Positions 1 to 13,499 of a DNA stretch of 64,000 bases are shown piece by piece. The notes under the pieces are model-generated. The model saw nothing but the letters and a program-made list of their open reading frames with translations, did no database searches and was not told the DNA's origin. A program made the position numbers and the translations under genes. Position 1 is the first letter of the stretch. The number at the start of each line of letters is the position of its first letter. The DNA is from Blepharisma stoltei ATCC 30299 (lineage: Eukaryota > Protista > Ciliophora): assembly GCA_965603825.1 (NCBI GenBank), contig CBFDEM010000034.1, forward strand, positions 62,001-126,000, written 5' to 3'.

Positions 1-1
1 T

Positions 2-916
2 TTTGACTGAACAATATGATACCAAATAATCATGATGGAAATTATTTTGGCAGTATGGCTTTTTTTCCTTATTGGCAAAATATTTAACGTTTGAAGAAAA
101 TGTAAAATTCAGCTGTTTGTAATAATAAGTGAAATCGGCAATGTTTTACTCCCTATTATAGGTGATATTTTATTTTTGCCGATAACATGATTTTTATTAC
201 TAACTTTCCAATGTACAAAAAGCATAGGAGACAACTTTAAGGACAGTTTTCACAATCAAGACTGCAGTATTTTTTGTTGGCAAGATGAACATATCAAATA
301 TATCGCAGGATCATCTTTAGCGATTTTGCTTTATTTGCCTGCAAGCTTGTATTATCGACCTTCTTGAAAAGATAACACTGGAAATTTAGTTTTTCACTTT
401 AAAGAGCAGCCTTATAACTCAGCAATTAAAAGTTTTATGCAGATTGTTTTAGTTGTGATGAATACAACTCTTTTGCCTTACTCTGATATTGCTTATACTG
501 TATCATTTGTTTCCATCGTCTCAATTTATGGAGTTTTCACATTATTTAAAAAGCCATACAATTACGATAGAGCTTCTTTATGATACACAATTTTTATTTT
601 TTGTTGCATTTGGCTTTGGATTTGCTGTGAAGTTGCAAAATTTAATATGGTTTTTGCTGAGTCAATTATAGGTGTTGGCTGGGTTTTGCTAGGAATTATT
701 GGAATTATTTATCAAAAACGAAAACTGCCATCATTTTTAGAGTCTCCGAAAGGGCAAGACATTTTAAGGCTCTTCAGGTTTCAGCTTTCAAAAAAATCGC
801 CATTTCAAGCAGGAATTGAAGCTTCTGTTAGCTATATTTATATTGACCAAAGCAGCAGTGATAATAAAAAAAGTGATTTGTTTAGTGAAGGGTTTAATGT
901 GGAGTTTTTGCATTAA
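2..916 (+). CDS. 3' part of a multipass membrane protein (gene begins before the window)
   Basis: Frame 2 is open from base 2 to TAA 914-916 when TGA=Trp. Several hydrophobic segments and a Cys-rich loop (FQCTKS...QDCSIFCWQDEH); joins the 647..916 ORF in frame. Confidence 0.75.
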
Positions 917-1661
917 CTAATAATAATTATATAATAAAAAAATTCCTTGATTATTTAATAAAGTGATATGCAAAGATGAATAATTAAAAAAAAGCTTAAA
1001 AATTGCCATCATTATCTTATACTTTAAAGTATAGAAATATTAGTTGCAAAATACCTAGATTAAAAGTATAAGCATTAAATCGGCAATCAATAAGCTGCCC
1101 AATCAAACTAGATCAAATATAAAAATGCCAGGATGGCTGGTTTAATTTTACATATTTAGGAAAAGAAAATTTCATACAAAAAATAAAAGACAAATTCAAC
1201 AACCTTAAGAATTATTATGAGAAATTTTATATTAGCTATAGTATCATTATTGTACCAATTTTAATTATAAAATTTTCTTAAATAATTAACATAGCTAATT
1301 TACTTAATTTTTTAAATTTGTAAACCAGCATGGAGTATTAATGGCCACTTATTTTTTATTAGAATCTGACAAGAAAATACAAATAAACAAAGTTATATAC
1401 AATTGTTCAATTCTCTATTAAACATTTCTTCCTTTCGTCCCCATAGAGGTATTAAATTCTCTCTATCATTTTTAACTCCTTTGCTAAACAATGGTCATAT
1501 AGTTTTATTCCGTTTCTTAATTGATAATGAATGCATTGTCACTCTTGAACTTTTACACCTTATAAGATTATTTGCCTAAGTTTCTCTGCTTGGAAGCCTC
1601 AGCTCATTTTTTTAGGTATTTAAATCCAATAATTTGTCATATCAACAGAACTGAACAAATC

Positions 1662-2204
1662 ATGCAATCGTTAAGGCTAGTTGGTGGGAGAACTGGTAAT
1701 ACTTATCCAGGCCTTTGCAGGCTTGGAATAAAATATGCAAATGGCTTTATGCCATATGATGCATTTCAATGTTTTGTTAAAGCAATCAAGCTGAATCAAG
1801 AAAGAGGAGAGGCTTGGATAAACCTTGGTATACTATATGAAATTTTTGATCAATTTGACCAAGCAAGAGCAGCTTACAAAGAAGCTGAAAGCATAGAAGA
1901 TACAGAAAACATTGGAAAGCAAATGGCTAGCCTAATCGGGGTGAGGAAAAAGAAGGATTTACAATTTTTTTATCCATTAACAAAAATTCAAGGAAATTGC
2001 ACGGAAAAGAGAGCAAGGAAAGACATTGAAGATTTTCAAGACCTAGGAAGGCCAAATAAAAAGCTTAAGCTAAGGGATCGAAATTATGACGAAGATGCCA
2101 AGACTGCTATTACCTTCAATGATATCATGAATAACTTAGAAAAAAGTGAGTTATATATGATAGAGGACATAGCAAAGTTTTTGTTAGAGCCTAAATTAGA
2201 GTAA
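1662..2204 (+). CDS. TPR-repeat protein (SSN6/CYC8-like TPRs); 5' end uncertain
   Basis: TPR consensus AFQCFVKAIKLNQERGEAWINLGILYE...ARAAYKEA. First ATG after an in-frame TAA at 1563 is 1662. Confidence 0.6.
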   Translation: MQSLRLVGGRTGNTYPGLCRLGIKYANGFMPYDAFQCFVKAIKLNQERGEAWINLGILYEIFDQFDQARAAYKEAESIEDTENIGKQMASLIGVRKKKDLQFFYPLTKIQGNCTEKRARKDIEDFQDLGRPNKKLKLRDRNYDEDAKTAITFNDIMNNLEKSELYMIEDIAKFLLEPKLE

Positions 2205-3406
2205 TGCCTTTAAAGGAGGGCAAGCTTATAATTAAAAAACTATATATCCATTTGATTATAAATATGCACAATTTCGTTTTAAAATTTAAGATAAATTAAA
2301 TAGCATCGGTTGATTTTAAATATTCAGACTATTTAATTCTGAATTAAAATTTACTTAAAGTTAATAATGAAATTCACAAAAATGGAATAATATTTCAAAA
2401 ATGTCTAAATTACTTTGAAAACTATCTTTCTAGAATTAAACCATTTTAAAGAAAGGAAGATATTTAAACGAAAAAAAAAACACATTAATTTTCTATTTGT
2501 TATATTAATAAAAATGGAGCGTTGCAATCATGTTATTGTAATTTTATAAAGTGCTTTTTCTAAAAAGACAGCAAGCCTAGAAAAGATTATATATTTTAGA
2601 CAGCATATTGATATTTAAAAAACATAGCCGATATGGTAATTTCTTTATATAATAATTATAAGAATTAATTTAATTTATATAAATCTAATTCTGAATATAA
2701 CAAATCCGTCACTTGGAGTAGCATAAAGTCTAATATTTTTTAAGTTTTTTATATAAAAATGATGAAACGATTTAATGTGAATATAAAACCTCCCTAATCA
2801 ATTAGAGATTTTGTTGTGAATAGGCAGACTTTTATATAATAATAAGCGCTTGGCTAATTAATCACTCCCCCCAGTGAGCGAAAAACGATTAAAACATAAC
2901 TTTTTTGGTTAGCAAATTTTTTTTCTTCACTCATGAAAGGGGGGAATTTCTCATTTAAGAATTGTAAAAAGTTTTTTAAATGGATAAAACTGATTTCCCA
3001 AGGTATGTCCATAAAATTTATTGGGCACTGCATAAAGAATAATGATGTAAATAGAAATAAAATATAGAGAGTATTAAAAATTATCTAAACATTTTAAAGG
3101 CTATATACTTTTTTATAATTCCACTAATTAAAGGCCTTATATTCTGGCTTAAATTTATGGAATATCATTTTAGCACTTTGGACTCTAATTTCAATTCCTC
3201 TTACTCCTTAAATATATTTTTGCATTCCATTGAGACATTATAAGCACATCTGTATATAAAAAGTCCACAAAAACACAAACATTATAATTATATTTCCTCA
3301 GCCTAAATTAAAATTATTCTTCCACTTAAAATAAGAAATCAATCTAAAATTCCTCTTTACCATTTCGTAGAAAACAGGGAGTTTTAATAATCTCATAAAA
3401 ATTAAT

Positions 3407-4255
3407 ATGATAATCCCAGAGATGATGCAGTACGACAGCTTTTTCTTCGATTTAGATGGAGTTGTATGAGAAGCAGAATCTGCATTGCCAGGAACAGTGG
3501 ATTTTATCAACCGTCTACACGCTTTAGGTAAAAAAGTCTACTACATCTCAAACAACGCAAGCAGAAAACGAAAAGACTTTATAAAAGCCCTTAACGAAAT
3601 CGGTATCCAAGCTGAGCTCGACACTATTTTATGTGCAGCTTATTCTTGCTCTCTTTACCTCCACCAAAACTATCCTTTAAATACAAAGGTTTTTGTGATC
3701 GGCCGTGAAGGATTAATTGACGAAATAAAAGAAGCTGGCTACGAAGTGATTGACGGGAATTCTTATAAAAATACAGTTTTTGCAGCACATAGAGACTTTT
3801 TAGAGCTAGAAGTAGACCCTGACGTAAAAGCGGTCATAGCTGGTTTTACTTTTGATTTTAATTACACAATGCTTAGCTATGGGTCGAAATGCATACAAAG
3901 TGGAGCAAAATTGGCGACAGGGAATTATGACCATTATGATAGGTTTGGGAAATACAATGCTCCATCATGTGGATGCATTGTTGATGCTTTGAGATGTGCG
4001 TCAGGAGTCCAAGAGTTCGAAAATTTAGGGAAACCTAATACTTATCTCTTAGAAATGATATGCAGAAGAGATAGGTTGGATATGGGGAAAATTGTTGTCT
4101 TCGGGGATAAAATGGCTACTGATATAAAATTAGCAAAAAATTATAGCGCAGCAAGTGTGCTTATGATGACAGGAGCAGAAACAAGAGAAAGCTATAAAAA
4201 ATACGATTTTGAGCCAGACTATGTTTATGACTCAATGGAAGAATTATTAATTTAG
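3407..4255 (+). CDS. PGP: HAD-IIA phosphoglycolate/pyridoxal-phosphate phosphatase
   Basis: Motif I FFFDLDGVVW (W = TGA 3467-3469), SNN, GKP, GDKMATDI, MTG; ATG 3407 in frame. Confidence 0.9.
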
Positions 4256-4264
4256 TCCATTCTA

Positions 4265-5009
4265 TTAAATTTGGTATTTATTAATTGCAATATTTTCTTC
4301 AGTATCTATATCTTTTTCTAGCAGCTCTATTGAGATGGTTTCTGTAGCTATAACCACTTTTTCTCCATTTTTCAAAAAGCTATCTGTAATTCAAAACATC
4401 AAAGAGTTCATCACTACCGGTATTATTATCATTACCATTATCAGTTCAAAATTCGGAAACCTCTCTATAGGCTTCAAAAACAAATCTCCTATAAATCGTA
4501 ATGGACTTTTAAATACAACCATAGTCCCTATTAAGCAGAATTTCGTAAAAAGAATTATTCCTAGCCACAGTCACATTTGGTAAGCCCACAAACCTCAGCT
4601 TGGGGGTTCTCCATAAAATCCTGACTTAAATTTTAGCGTTTCGCTCCCATTTAGGCATCTTTCAAGGCTATTTAACAAAATATACGCAATAGCCATACCC
4701 AAAAATATATCTACAACAAAAGTCAAAAAATACCATGTACATTGGCCCGATCCAGGCTCTTTTCCTTCAATATAATATGATATCAGCAAATTCAAAATAT
4801 GCAATAATCCTGCACTAAATCCTTGCTTTGAAGTATCCATGAACCAGATTTTTCAAGTTCTTCTGTTCTGCTCTGTGTATCTTTTAACTGAATAAACAAG
4901 TACCAATAAGTGAAGAAAATGATGCAGCTCCAAGGAGTCCTTGTATAAGCCAGCCTAGTTTTCCAAAGAGTTGGCATTGTTGTGGATTTTGAGATAATAG
5001 GATTTCCAT
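4265..5009 (-). CDS. STIMATE/TMEM110-family membrane protein
   Basis: After removing the 16-nt intron 4888-4903 and reading TGA as W: VKRYTEQNRRTWKIWFMDTSKQG, CTWYFLTFVVD, MNSLMFWITDSFLK. 729 nt spliced. Confidence 0.85.
4888..4903 (-). other. 16-nt spliceosomal intron gtacttgtttattcag
   Basis: GT..AG; removal restores the frame and the family motif. Confidence 0.85.
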
Positions 5010-5077
5010 ATTAAAAGGATATTGAATTATAGACCTAGTCTTATCATTTTTGGAATAATTTACCTTTTAAATATTAT

Positions 5078-6148
5078 CTATTGGTTTTTCTTATGTTTCC
5101 AAGAAGTGACTTCAGTGCCTCTTCCTCTGGCTCCTTTTTCGTCAGTCAAAATGACGCCTTTTTTCTTTAAAATTTCTCTGATTCTGTCTGCTTCTTGGAA
5201 GTTACATTGTCGTCTGGCTTCATTTCTAATATCAATTAACTCTTCAATATCAATTTCTGAAGAATCCAATTCTTCAATTTCTCTGATTTTTTCAACAGGA
5301 AAGTTCATGGTCCTTCCTGACACATTTTCAATTTTTTTTGCTCTCAGCTTCGGGTCTGGTTTCCCTTTTTCTAAACAAAAATCTCTATACTCCGCATAAA
5401 CCTGGTTAATTAATTTTTCGACTTCGACTAAAGCAATTTCATATTTATCTTCAAATTTTGAGCTGACACACATATGTAAGGTCTCATCGCTTTCTTCTTT
5501 ATCTGGGCCTTCTTTAAACCCTGATCCTCTTCCTCTGAGTCTTAATTTAATTATATCATGTGCTTGGCCTTGTACACCTTTGCAGCACCTTTCTACAATT
5601 TTTTTCATATTAGAGCCTCTTGGGCCAATTAGTCTTCTGGCGACTTGGAATTCTTTGTCATTATCAATTTGGATGTCAAATCGACATGTGAATTTTATGG
5701 GTTGTGGGATTTCTGATGCTCGAGTAATTTCAGACGTATTTATTGATAAGTCTTGAAGAGGGATGCGAGAGGTTTCTTCTTGGTTGTGATATCAATTTAC
5801 TTGTAGAACCAAATTAAACCCTGGTAGTTGCCGCCCATTTAGCACTTTTTGTGCGAAATAAGCAGAGACGATGTCCTTATAAAGGATCAACGCAATGCTA
5901 TCAAAGACCCTCAAGCTCTGAATTTCTCCGAATTCCTCGAAAACGTTGGTCACATCATTTTGCTCCATAGAAAACCGTTTCCCTTGATTTTCTGCAATTT
6001 CTAGTTTCAGACATGGAGTATGTGATGGAATTCCTTGGGCCGCCAAAGACTCGAGGACTTTGTCTCGGACATCTGGCTGCTGCAGCATTGAGCTGATTTT
6101 AGATCGCTTGAGTGTAGGGGACTCACATTCTCCCGCGTTGCTTTGCAT
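5078..6148 (-). CDS. RRM + KH-domain RNA-binding protein
   Basis: ORFs 5792..6148 and 5078..5608 join through TGA 5792. RRM-like VFEEFGEI...AQKVLNG; KH motif RRLIGPRGSNMKKI, KLRLRGRGS. Confidence 0.85.
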
Positions 6149-6310
6149 TTTAAATTATGAAATGAAGTTTTCATTGAATAGAAATGGTCAAAGCAGTTTG
6201 AACCTAAAATTGAGCAAGAAAAAGAGCAGAAATTATAAAAAGAATATAAAAATTAATATAATTAAAATCGACTAATTGAAGATTTCATCTTTTAATGATA
6301 TTCATTAAGT

Positions 6311-7831
6311 ATGTTAAGAAGATCTTTAAGATTGTTTTCCAGAAATTGAATTACAACTACATCTGAAGATCTTATTCCATCTCTAACCACTTTTTTTTCT
6401 ATGAATCCTCCTCCAAAGAGCACTCTAATCGTCACAGGTCCTCAGGGCACAGGAAAATCGACTATTCTTCAATTGGCTTTTGCAGCTGGTAGCAAGTCAA
6501 ACGACCCTTCTATGTTTCTAGACGTAAACTTCGCTGAAATAGTTTCTGAGCCTGCAAAAGAAGCTAGAGAGCGAAATCCTAGTGAAGATAACACTCTTGA
6601 CCCTTTAAACTTCATAGATTGTTTCAATCAAGCAGTTGTTAGAGGTCTAGGACACTTAGAAAGGAAAAAACTGCTCCCAGACACAGCAAAACAAGAATTA
6701 GTATCATTGTTTCATAACTATGCCAGAAAACTATGTGCATTATCTGAAGAAGTTGACAAAGAAATAGCAGAAAGGACTGATGGAGCAAACCTAATAGAAC
6801 TCAGAAGAGAAGAAAAACAAATAGGGATAGAAATCATTAATAACAAGCTTACTTCATATAGAAATGTTATTAAACTTACTGAGGTAGAATATTCAGGATA
6901 CCAGCATATTATTGATAATATTAGCATTGTGGACGCTTTTGATGTCGTCGCTACCTCAATTCTTGCATTTAGAGCAGAACATTTATTTGGGGAACTTAGC
7001 TCAGCATTTTTGGTAGTTGTGCTTAATACAATTGGGAAAGCTTGCTATGAAGCAGGCATCCAAGCTCCAGTTTTGAACGTTAGTCAGTGTCAAGTTCTGT
7101 GTATTATGGAAAAAACAATTAAATTCTTTGAGTTTCTTTTAAGTGAACTTGTTAACACAAAAACCCATTTTTACTCAGTACTCGAAGGCCATGGCATTTA
7201 TGTAAGTCCTTTATCTATTATTGAACATTATAGTGATCTTTTTGAATGATGCAATATCAAAGAAGAAAATGAGGAATGGTTCAAAGCCTACGTGACTAAC
7301 CAAGTCCCTGATATTACAAATGGTGAGCTTCATGATTTATGGCATTGTATCTATGGAAACATGGGCCTTACTGAAGTATCGTGTAGAATTCTAAAATCTA
7401 AAAACATGTCTGTTTCAGGTATTGTAGAGTGAGTGAATAATGTTGCTCTCATAGATTTAAATAGAACATTTAAATCGCTAGAAACAGATATAGAAACCAC
7501 TGAAGAGATAGGACTAATGGATAAAGTCATGAGTATTGATCGCCCAAGGGTAAGAGCTGCATGCTATTTCTTATATAAGCTTTTAGAAGAGCCTAATTAT
7601 GAGCTTGAAGTGACAATAAAAGATTTAGTAGAAAATCTCGTTATAGGAAGACTATGTGTGCTGAAAATATTGTATTTTAACACTCATACCATGAAAATAG
7701 GGTTCGATAAAAAGGTTTTTCCAAGTGTTCTACCTAAGTGCGATGTGTGGAAGTATAATGAAACCTGGGCTGAAAGAGCAAAAAATAAGATAGCTTATAA
7801 TAAGATGGCTCAAGAGAAGTTAAATTATTAA
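6311..7831 (+). CDS. P-loop NTPase-fold protein with probable mitochondrial presequence
   Basis: ATG 6311 MLRRSLRLFSRNW; Walker A GPQGTGKST; frame continuous via TGA codons to TAA 7831. Confidence 0.75.
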
Positions 7832-7926
7832 GCTTTAATTAAATAAAAAGACGGATAGAATTAAGATTTATAGAGAAATGTGGGTTTTTAGGTTCTGATC
7901 ATGGCTGACGTTTTAATTATAAAATA

Positions 7927-8469
7927 ATGATACAGCAGAGAAGTATGTTTGCTGATGGATTTGTGGAGCGGCATGACCTTGAACAGTATTTTTGGACTGA
8001 AAAGACTGTGTCTAATTTAATACATGCTATAGAGTCTTACACAAATTTATTATGTATTGCAACTCCAAGTCTAGCCCATGCATTGCATGAAGAAGGCCGT
8101 GAAGAAGCTTTATATGATATAGATACAAGATTTAGCTATTTACCTAAATTCAGATATTATGATTTATTAAACCCTGAAGATGTCTCAGAGGAGTTTCGAA
8201 TAGTTGTTTTTGACCCACCTTTTTTTTATATCCCAATGCACAAAGTGTTTGAAGCTGTATGTAAAGTGGTTAGTTACAATTTTAATACAAAAATCATGAT
8301 TGCATTCTTAAGAAGAGAACAAAATGAGCTTTTTCAGTATTTTAGAGCATTTAATATTAAGCCAACGAATTTCTTGTTAGAATATGCAACAGTAAGTCCT
8401 AATAAGTGGAGGAATTATTGTTTGTATTCAAATGTAGATTTACCTGGAATTAAACGCCTAAATAAATAA
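7927..8469 (+). CDS. EEF1AKMT1: EEF1A lysine methyltransferase 1 (N6AMT2)-like
   Basis: LEQYFW, CIATPS, DIDTRF and DPPF motifs. Confidence 0.75.
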   Translation: MIQQRSMFADGFVERHDLEQYFWTEKTVSNLIHAIESYTNLLCIATPSLAHALHEEGREEALYDIDTRFSYLPKFRYYDLLNPEDVSEEFRIVVFDPPFFYIPMHKVFEAVCKVVSYNFNTKIMIAFLRREQNELFQYFRAFNIKPTNFLLEYATVSPNKWRNYCLYSNVDLPGIKRLNK

Positions 8470-8913
8470 TTTGTAAATAATAATATTTAATTGAATTAAT
8501 CTTTATTTTCTTCGAAAAATTTTCTACAGCTTTCAAGTTATAATTAAAATTCAGCTTACCACATATTTTTTAAAACATAGAATATTCTATATAAAATTTA
8601 CAATTTAAAAACTTCTGCTTCATTTTATATGGATTATTGCTATAGTTCATTTTCTATATTTTCAATCAATTTTTTTTAGTATATATTTGAGTTTTTGTGT
8701 ATAAATAAAAATAATCTAAATTTAATCATATATGCTCGATTTTAGCTGAGTTTACAGTTGCATTTTTTGCTGACATCTACCAATATATCTGCCTTAATGT
8801 TTATGAAAATTTCAGTTTATTGCTGAAACAGCTGCTTAAAAGCCAGGCAATTCATGAGCAGCTTCTCATTTAAAATTAATGAAAAAGTAAGGAATAAATA
8901 ATTAGCTAAAAGC

Positions 8914-11900
8914 TTAATCTTCTTCTTCCCCACTTTCTTCTCCGCTTTCTTCACCGCTTTCTTCATCAGATGAGTCTTCATCTTCATCCTCTTCTTTCTT
9001 GTCTCCTTCTAGCTTAGTCCATATCTTCTTCAACATTTCTTCAACGGTGTCCAGCCTTTTTAGAGTCTGCATATGGAATCTTTTTTGGTTTTTCTTGATA
9101 ATTGCCACTCTGGTGTTAATATTGTTTTCTGTTTCTCCAGATTCTTCACCAGTAAGTACTTGGAAATAAGACCTTTCAGTGCAATTTTTCTTCCAGAACA
9201 TCAATGTTTCTATTTCACTGATCATCCCTAGTAATTCTTTTCTGTCTGCAATTTCAGCGTTTTCTTGGACTTTTCCAAAAGTGTCGCCCATAATTGAGAT
9301 CAAGAGGTTTAACATGATAATCATATTGATCATAGTAGCTAAGAACAAGCAGACCCATTGCATTGAGGTAAAGCCAGTAGGGTCAAAATCACCAAGGTCT
9401 AATCTATATGAGATTTTGATATAATCAATTAATTTAGGATCGTTTTTATCCATGAGTAAGAAAATAAATGCAAAAGCAAGGGTGGAATAGAAAAGGAGGA
9501 TAAAGAATGAAGTGATGTCTTTTATTACTTGAGTAATCAGGTTTACCATGTATCTTGTATTTTTAAAGATCCTGAAATAGGTGATGCCTCTCATCCACGA
9601 AACTATTACAAGGCCTACTAAAATATCGTAGCTAAGATCAGAATGTTCGACTTCTTACATTAATAATGTGTATGAAATTCCGATTCTGAGACTATTTCTG
9701 AGCCCATTTAAGGTTTTCCCACTTATGATCTAATATATCTTGTATAAGCTTAGTCGTAAAAATAGCGGAATTCGGGCACTCTTCAAGACTGTCTAAGAAA
9801 TCAGTGCTCGCTTTAGAGCCATTAGTTAATGGAAGCGGCAAAGAAGTAAGCATACATGTCACAGGTTTGCCTTCAGTTCTTTTTTGTCCTTGCTGCAGAA
9901 AGTTTGATTCTAATGGATAAATTTCTTTTGAGTGATAATAAATAGGGGTTTGCAATGATTCGTCAACAAATTTGACGAATTTTCCTGTATAAGGAGTATA
10001 GATTAGCTTATAAAACTTGGTTAAAGAAGGATAGCCAAGCATATTAAGCCCAATAATGCAATCTTCAGATATAAAGTTAAGGGCATTAGAATTTCCTTTT
10101 AAAAGTTTTCCAAAAGAGGACACTATTGCGCTCACACAGCCTGAAAACTGCTTTTTAATAGCAAAAGATAGAGCATTTTCACCGAAATTGGTATTGAATA
10201 GTGAGCCTCCTCCTTCAAGTGCTAATTTGAGCTGATTTGGATGGTTGAAGTAAGAATAAAGATGGAGAGTATTGATTCTATATGGCATTATAATCCATTG
10301 ATCGTTCTCTGGTTTATGCTGTTTTCCCTTATTATTTATAAGGTCCATCACATATTTCATATAAGAAAACTCGCTGCCAGGCCCGGCAGCAACTACAACG
10401 TCATTTGCAAGTGGATTTTTCTTAATAAACAAATTATCAGCATCACTCTCCTTTTCTTCATCTTCATATAAATCTTCTTCTTCTTCTTCTCCTTCTTCTT
10501 TTTCTTCTTTTTCTTTTTTTTCCTTCTTTTTCTTCTTTTTCTTCTTTTTCTTCTTTTTCTTCTCCTTCTTCTTCTTCTTCTCCTTCTTCTTTTTCTTCTT
10601 TTTCCTCCTTTTCTTCCTTTTCTTCTTTTTCTTCCTTTTTCTCATTTTCATCTTTCTCTTCCTTTTTATTTATAATATAGGCTAAGTATTTTTCATCAGC
10701 TGTTAGCTGAAAATATTCTATTTCCTGCTTAATGTCATAGTAAAACAGCTGATTGTATGTAATAAGGCTCCAAAAAGAGATTTTGCCTTCTTTAGTAACA
10801 GCTATCATATTTTTCTGGTCTTTTACTATGTGAATTTTAAATATTGTCCCTCCAGCCTTAAATGTGGCTAGTAATGTTTTTGATCTCCAATTATATACGA
10901 ATATCGAGCCCGATTTACTGCCAATCACCACATTTTCTTCATTTTGAAAAGTACCTAAACTTACTACTTCTTGGTCTTTTTCTCCTTTAAGAGTTGAGAT
11001 TGCAGATTCACCAGTAGAAATATCCCAAAAATAGACAGTCCCATTGTCATTTCCAGCAGCAATCACATTGGAAGACGGCAAGAAAATAATTTCTTTAATA
11101 AAACTATCGCTTCCTTTGAATTCCCTGACCTTTTTCATGGTTTTAATATCCCATAAGAACACTTTTTGGGAAGTCCCGCCAGTTGCATAATATGATTTAT
11201 CAGGGCTGATAATGCGTGTTAAAATATAGTCAGAGTCATCATCAACAAGAGGGATTTCGACGCTTTCTTTGCTTATTAAGTCGTACTTGACTATGGATTC
11301 ATAGGTTAGAATCATTATGCTTCTCTCATCAATGAAATTGTAACAATTAATTCAGTAATCGTCAATTGTACCTATCTCTTCAGTCTTGTTAGCGGACAAA
11401 TCCCACTTCTCGAATGTGCTCCCTTCGCTAGTTTTAATAATCAAATTACTTCCTGTTGAGGAAATCTCGAAATCTTCAACTTTTTTGGATAATTCTTTAG
11501 TGAACTCAGGAAAATTCAATGAGCAAAACTTTCCGTCATAACCACTTGTGTATATCAATTTCCCATCAGAGGAAAGCTCCACAAAATAAAGGCTTTTACT
11601 ATGGACTTGGACTTCTGAGATTTGCTCTTTGTTTTTAATGTCCCAAAATGTAAGCTTACCATTTTGATTTCCTAATATAAGTGTATTTTCGTCATTTGCG
11701 ATAACAGGCGAGTAAACTTCTTCTTTCATTTTGAAAACTTTGATGACTTCCAAAGGATTTACATTGACAATAACTACAGTTTTTGAAGAAGCTGCTATAA
11801 TTTTAGATTCGTTAGGAGAAAATTCCAGATAGTTAATTTCCTCAATATCTAGATGGATTTCATTTTGACTTGAAGTTTCTAAATTTGACAATGCCAATTT

Positions 11901-12554
11901 TCCATCGCTTGAAAAAGTTACAAGCTCTCCAGTCCGTGATAAAGCCATATTAGTGAAATTTCCTTCAAGAATGTCTTCTCTTTCATCAAAGTTTTCAGGG
12001 TTGACTTTGACGATTTTTTGAGAGTCTAATAGGACATATAAAGAATTTTTATCATAAGACTGGATCATTTTTGGAATATAAACACAAAAATCCAAAGTCT
12101 TTTCTTTGACTGGGATAAGGGAGGGAAGCTTAACTTCATGAAGAGTGGTTTTGCCAGAAAAGATTGCTTTTTGTTCTCCTTTAAGAACAGCAACAAAGCC
12201 TAGTGCATCACCAATCCTTTTCTCGTCGAATTTTTTGGTCTTCATGTCGATATAAAGGGCAAGCCCTTCATAAGTAGAGGCGACATAATGGATTTCGTCA
12301 GACAGCTTTACCATGCTAACAATTTGATAAGGCACATTGACTTCTGAAGGTAAGAGACTGTTGAAAACCACTGAAATATTAACTAGAGCTTCTTTCATTG
12401 GATCCAGCTGCGCTTTATCATTGCTAACTTGAACAGTTGTAGGATTGATTTGGTTAGGTTTGAACTCTGTGTCTACCATCATAGAAAGAAGAGCAGCTTT
12501 TTCTAATGATTTGACATCGCTTAGAAGAGGTTTAGATAACTGAGTATTATCCAT
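8914..12554 (-). pseudogene. WD40 + ankyrin-like + TRP-type channel, copy 1 (disrupted)
   Basis: WD repeats (VFLWDIK, VYFWDIS), NTLHLYSYFN/GENALSFAIK, pore module SYRLDLGDF...MLNLLISIMGDTFGKV. TGA 11352 reads through. Frameshift in the GAA tract (~10514-10521), S1-S3 deleted near 9700, stops at 9692 and 9655. Confidence 0.75.
10453..10665 (-). repeat. GAA/AAA low-complexity tract encoding E/K repeats
   Basis: Expanded relative to the equivalent linkers in copies 2 and 3. Confidence 0.9.
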
Positions 12555-13499
12555 TTATTTCCTATATCTACTTAAGCAATAAAATCCAGCTTAATATTTT
12601 TGTTTATTATTTAAAACTAAACTATTTTTTGATTTTTAATTAGTGGGTTTTTTTCTATTAATTACGATATAGAATTTACAAGCTTAAAAGCTTAAATTAC
12701 ATTTTTGTATGGATCAGCGTTATAAGCTTGACTTTAATACACATTAAACACTTTTCTTACAATTTTTTTTCTTATAGTATTTATCCAATGTGCTTTCTTG
12801 TGTAACTAAAAAAATATAAAATCGAGCAGTTCATGCATAGACCTTTTTATTAGGCAACTTTTATATTACTTCATTGCAGATTTAATATAAAAATGAGACT
12901 TAAAGCCATAAATTTACTATAATAAGAACTCATGCTAATAAAGCAATTAAACAAAAATAAGCACAATTCTGATCTTTATTTCATCTTGATATGGATTAAA
13001 GAGATAGTATCAAAAAATCCTTAATTATATTACACATTTCAGCTGAGATCTAAAATAATAATCAATTTCTAAATAAAAAAGTCTAACTAGTATGTTTATT
13101 TTAATAGATATCTTCAGACTCATGAAACATCATTAGCCGACATTAATCATAATCTTAATTATGTTTATTGAAAAAGTCTGCTGTACAAAAACATAGACAA
13201 ATATTAATTTAATAATTTAAATATTAAAGCTAAATCTGAATGACACTAAAAGTCATAAGGGCGCATAGAGCATGAGTTTAGGCACTTGAGTATCTGATGA
13301 GCACGATGCTTTTTTGTTCAAGAAGCGCGGTATATTGCCCAAGAAATGAAATACGCCAGCATCACATTTAATAGATAGGGGGTTTTAATTATTTCATCTA
13401 ATGCAAGTAGTGCTAGATTTTACCTAGAGACAGTAGAAAGAAGAGGACACCATTTAAATTTCTAAAAAAAGTAGTTTAATAATTTTTATAAATTGATAA

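Noticed and set aside
7927-8469. DNA N6-adenine methyltransferase of a restriction-modification type (DPPF motif)
   Set aside because: Size and the QYFW/CIATPS/DTRF motifs fit the eukaryotic EEF1AKMT1 protein-methyltransferase family better.
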